Of a stretch of 64,000 nucleotides of DNA, positions 62,458 to 64,000 are shown in pieces. The DNA is taken from NCBI GenBank assembly GCA_963662315.1, contig OY759353.1, forward strand, positions 1,376,001-1,440,000, in the 5' to 3' direction. The notes below the pieces were generated by a model that was given only the letters and a program-made list of their open reading frames with translations, did no database searches and was not told the origin of the DNA. Within the stretch, counting starts at the first letter, position 1. Every line of letters starts with the position of its first letter. This DNA comes from Geopsychrobacteraceae bacterium. Lineage in GTDB: Bacteria > Desulfobacterota > Desulfuromonadia > Desulfuromonadales > Geopsychrobacteraceae. The translations under genes were made by a program, and so were the position numbers.

Positions 62458-63504
62458 TCAAGGTCTCTTTTTAGTCATTAACATGCGACGCGCGTTATTC
62501 ACAATAACCTGTGTCACATTTTTACTCTTAGACAATTCTTTGATATCCCGCTCAGATAAAAAGCCCATAAACTTGATGGCCTGCTGTAATGGCGTACGTG
62601 GATGGTGGACCAGAGCTTTTTTCATATCATATAGTTTAATCCAGTCCCGGTTCAGCAGGATAATTCTGATCAGTTCCTCCTGGGCGGTACGGTTCTTGGC
62701 CACACTAAGAACTTCACCTTCTGTAATCCGCGGGTTTTTGAGGACTGCGGTACAGACCTGTTTATTCGGTTCTCGAATCAGCAAGGTCCGCCACTCTTTA
62801 TCTCCGGTAAGTGCCATTTTTATCTTTTCGGAAACCGACATTTCCTGAAGCAATTGATATTTGGAAAGACCATCGCTCTCCTCGTCCCCTTCCTCATAGC
62901 CTCTTTCATCGGGATCACCCTCTTCATCGTCATCACCAAAATCAAGATCACGGGTCTTGGATTCTTGCTGCTGCGCAGGATCTTTCTGGGTCTTTTCAAC
63001 AGGCTCCGTCCACCCCAAACGAATCTTAGTCAACTTGTTGGTATTGGGGTTATTGATAATGGTCGTTCTGATAACATCGGCCTTACGCAGCACTTCATCA
63101 TTAAGGGCCAGAATTTCCAGTATTTCGCCATGACTTTTCTGAGCCAGAAACAGTAAGGATCGAATCGCTGTCATCGGATGGCGAATAACCTCCTGCATGA
63201 CAATCGTGTCCTGGTAACGCAAATGGGTGATGAGATCTATAATGGACGGATGCAGCTCCGGCTGTGCCAGGGCTGCCAGCAAGATATTGGCAGGCAATGT
63301 CTGTAAAGTGTTTAATGCCTCGTCCTTTAATTCCTGATTTTCACCATGATAAAAAACAAACAGGACCATGACAAGGTTTGATCCCGACATGGGAACAGCA
63401 CCTCGCGCTGCGGCCAGCCGCATCTGGTGCCCGCCCCATTTACTCATGATGCGAGCAACCTCAGCTGGAATCTTCAGACGAATTTTTTCATTTTCCGGTT
63501 TCAT
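62458..63504 (-). CDS. Conserved hypothetical alpha-helical repeat protein
   Basis: 348-aa ORF; AAARG, EKIKMALTG.KE.R and ALVHHPRTP motifs; acidic linker. Confidence 0.7.
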   Translation of the reverse strand: MKPENEKIRLKIPAEVARIMSKWGGHQMRLAAARGAVPMSGSNLVMVLFVFYHGENQELKDEALNTLQTLPANILLAALAQPELHPSIIDLITHLRYQDTIVMQEVIRHPMTAIRSLLFLAQKSHGEILEILALNDEVLRKADVIRTTIINNPNTNKLTKIRLGWTEPVEKTQKDPAQQQESKTRDLDFGDDDEEGDPDERGYEEGDEESDGLSKYQLLQEMSVSEKIKMALTGDKEWRTLLIREPNKQVCTAVLKNPRITEGEVLSVAKNRTAQEELIRIILLNRDWIKLYDMKKALVHHPRTPLQQAIKFMGFLSERDIKELSKSKNVTQVIVNNARRMLMTKKRP

Positions 63505-63578
63505 ATCAATATCATACAGTTCTAAAAATCAAACATTCCAAGATGTAACAACGGAAAAGAGCTATTTCCACCTGAAAA

Positions 63579-64000
63579 CTATTTAACGACATTTTTTTGA
63601 ACATGAATCCCCTTGTCAGAAAATTCCTTTTCCAGCTCAATGCTGATTGGCTCAGAAATATCCTTAAGTCTAAGAATTCTCCCCTGCTTATTCATTTCGG
63701 CGTCAACCTGGACAACCGTGATATTTTTCTGGGCAAGGTCCTGACTAAGCATATCGGCCCGGTTCTGATCAACAAAAGACCCGGCATAGACAGCAAGCAT
63801 ATCACCGGCAGGTAGGACAAAAGAATCGCGAAAACCAGCAGAGACCATCTCAGCAAGCCTTTTCCGGGCCACGTCGGGCGCATAAACACCTTCACGTAAA
63901 CGCATCATTGTTATTGGACCGCTACCAGCCTCACTGACAAACAGCAAGCCTTTTGCTTTAAGATAGGCCTCCCCCTCATGCAAGCGCGATTTCGTTATAA
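63579..64000 (-). CDS. C-terminal part of a SPOR-domain protein (start lies beyond the window edge)
   Basis: Frame is open to position 64000; VYAGSF..Q.RA..L...L SPOR-like motif. Confidence 0.65.
   Translation of the reverse strand, partial: ITKSRLHEGEAYLKAKGLLFVSEAGSGPITMMRLREGVYAPDVARKRLAEMVSAGFRDSFVLPAGDMLAVYAGSFVDQNRADMLSQDLAQKNITVVQVDAEMNKQGRILRLKDISEPISIELEKEFSDKGIHVQKNVVK

Overview
Chromosomal window from a Desulfuromonadales-type deltaproteobacterium. The assignment is inferred from the icd-mdh-korDABC-acnB TCA cluster, desulfoferrodoxin, the comEC/REC-GGDEF/hisS/aspS order and a HesB-like selenoprotein. Most of it is housekeeping and metabolism: TCA cycle, aspS, hisS, fbp, pepN, dcd, ilvA, cytochrome bd, a two-subunit biotin carboxylase and mog. 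One IS256-family element carries 8-bp target duplications. Signals the ORF track misses or under-calls: (1) a UGA-readthrough HesB-like selenoprotein, directly preceded by an FmdB zinc-ribbon gene that may also end in Sec-Gly, giving a candidate two-selenoprotein operon; (2) a REC-GGDEF enzyme with the Asp-to-Ser Hypr signature of 3',3'-cGAMP synthases; (3) a stand-alone ~182-nt 6S-like RNA with its own promoter and terminator; (4) a 27-aa membrane peptide after cydB; (5) a shared palindromic operator over the -10 boxes of acnB and icd; (6) nested left ends in the IS. No CRISPR array, tRNA or rRNA was seen. All calls come from reading the sequence by eye; no database searches were run.
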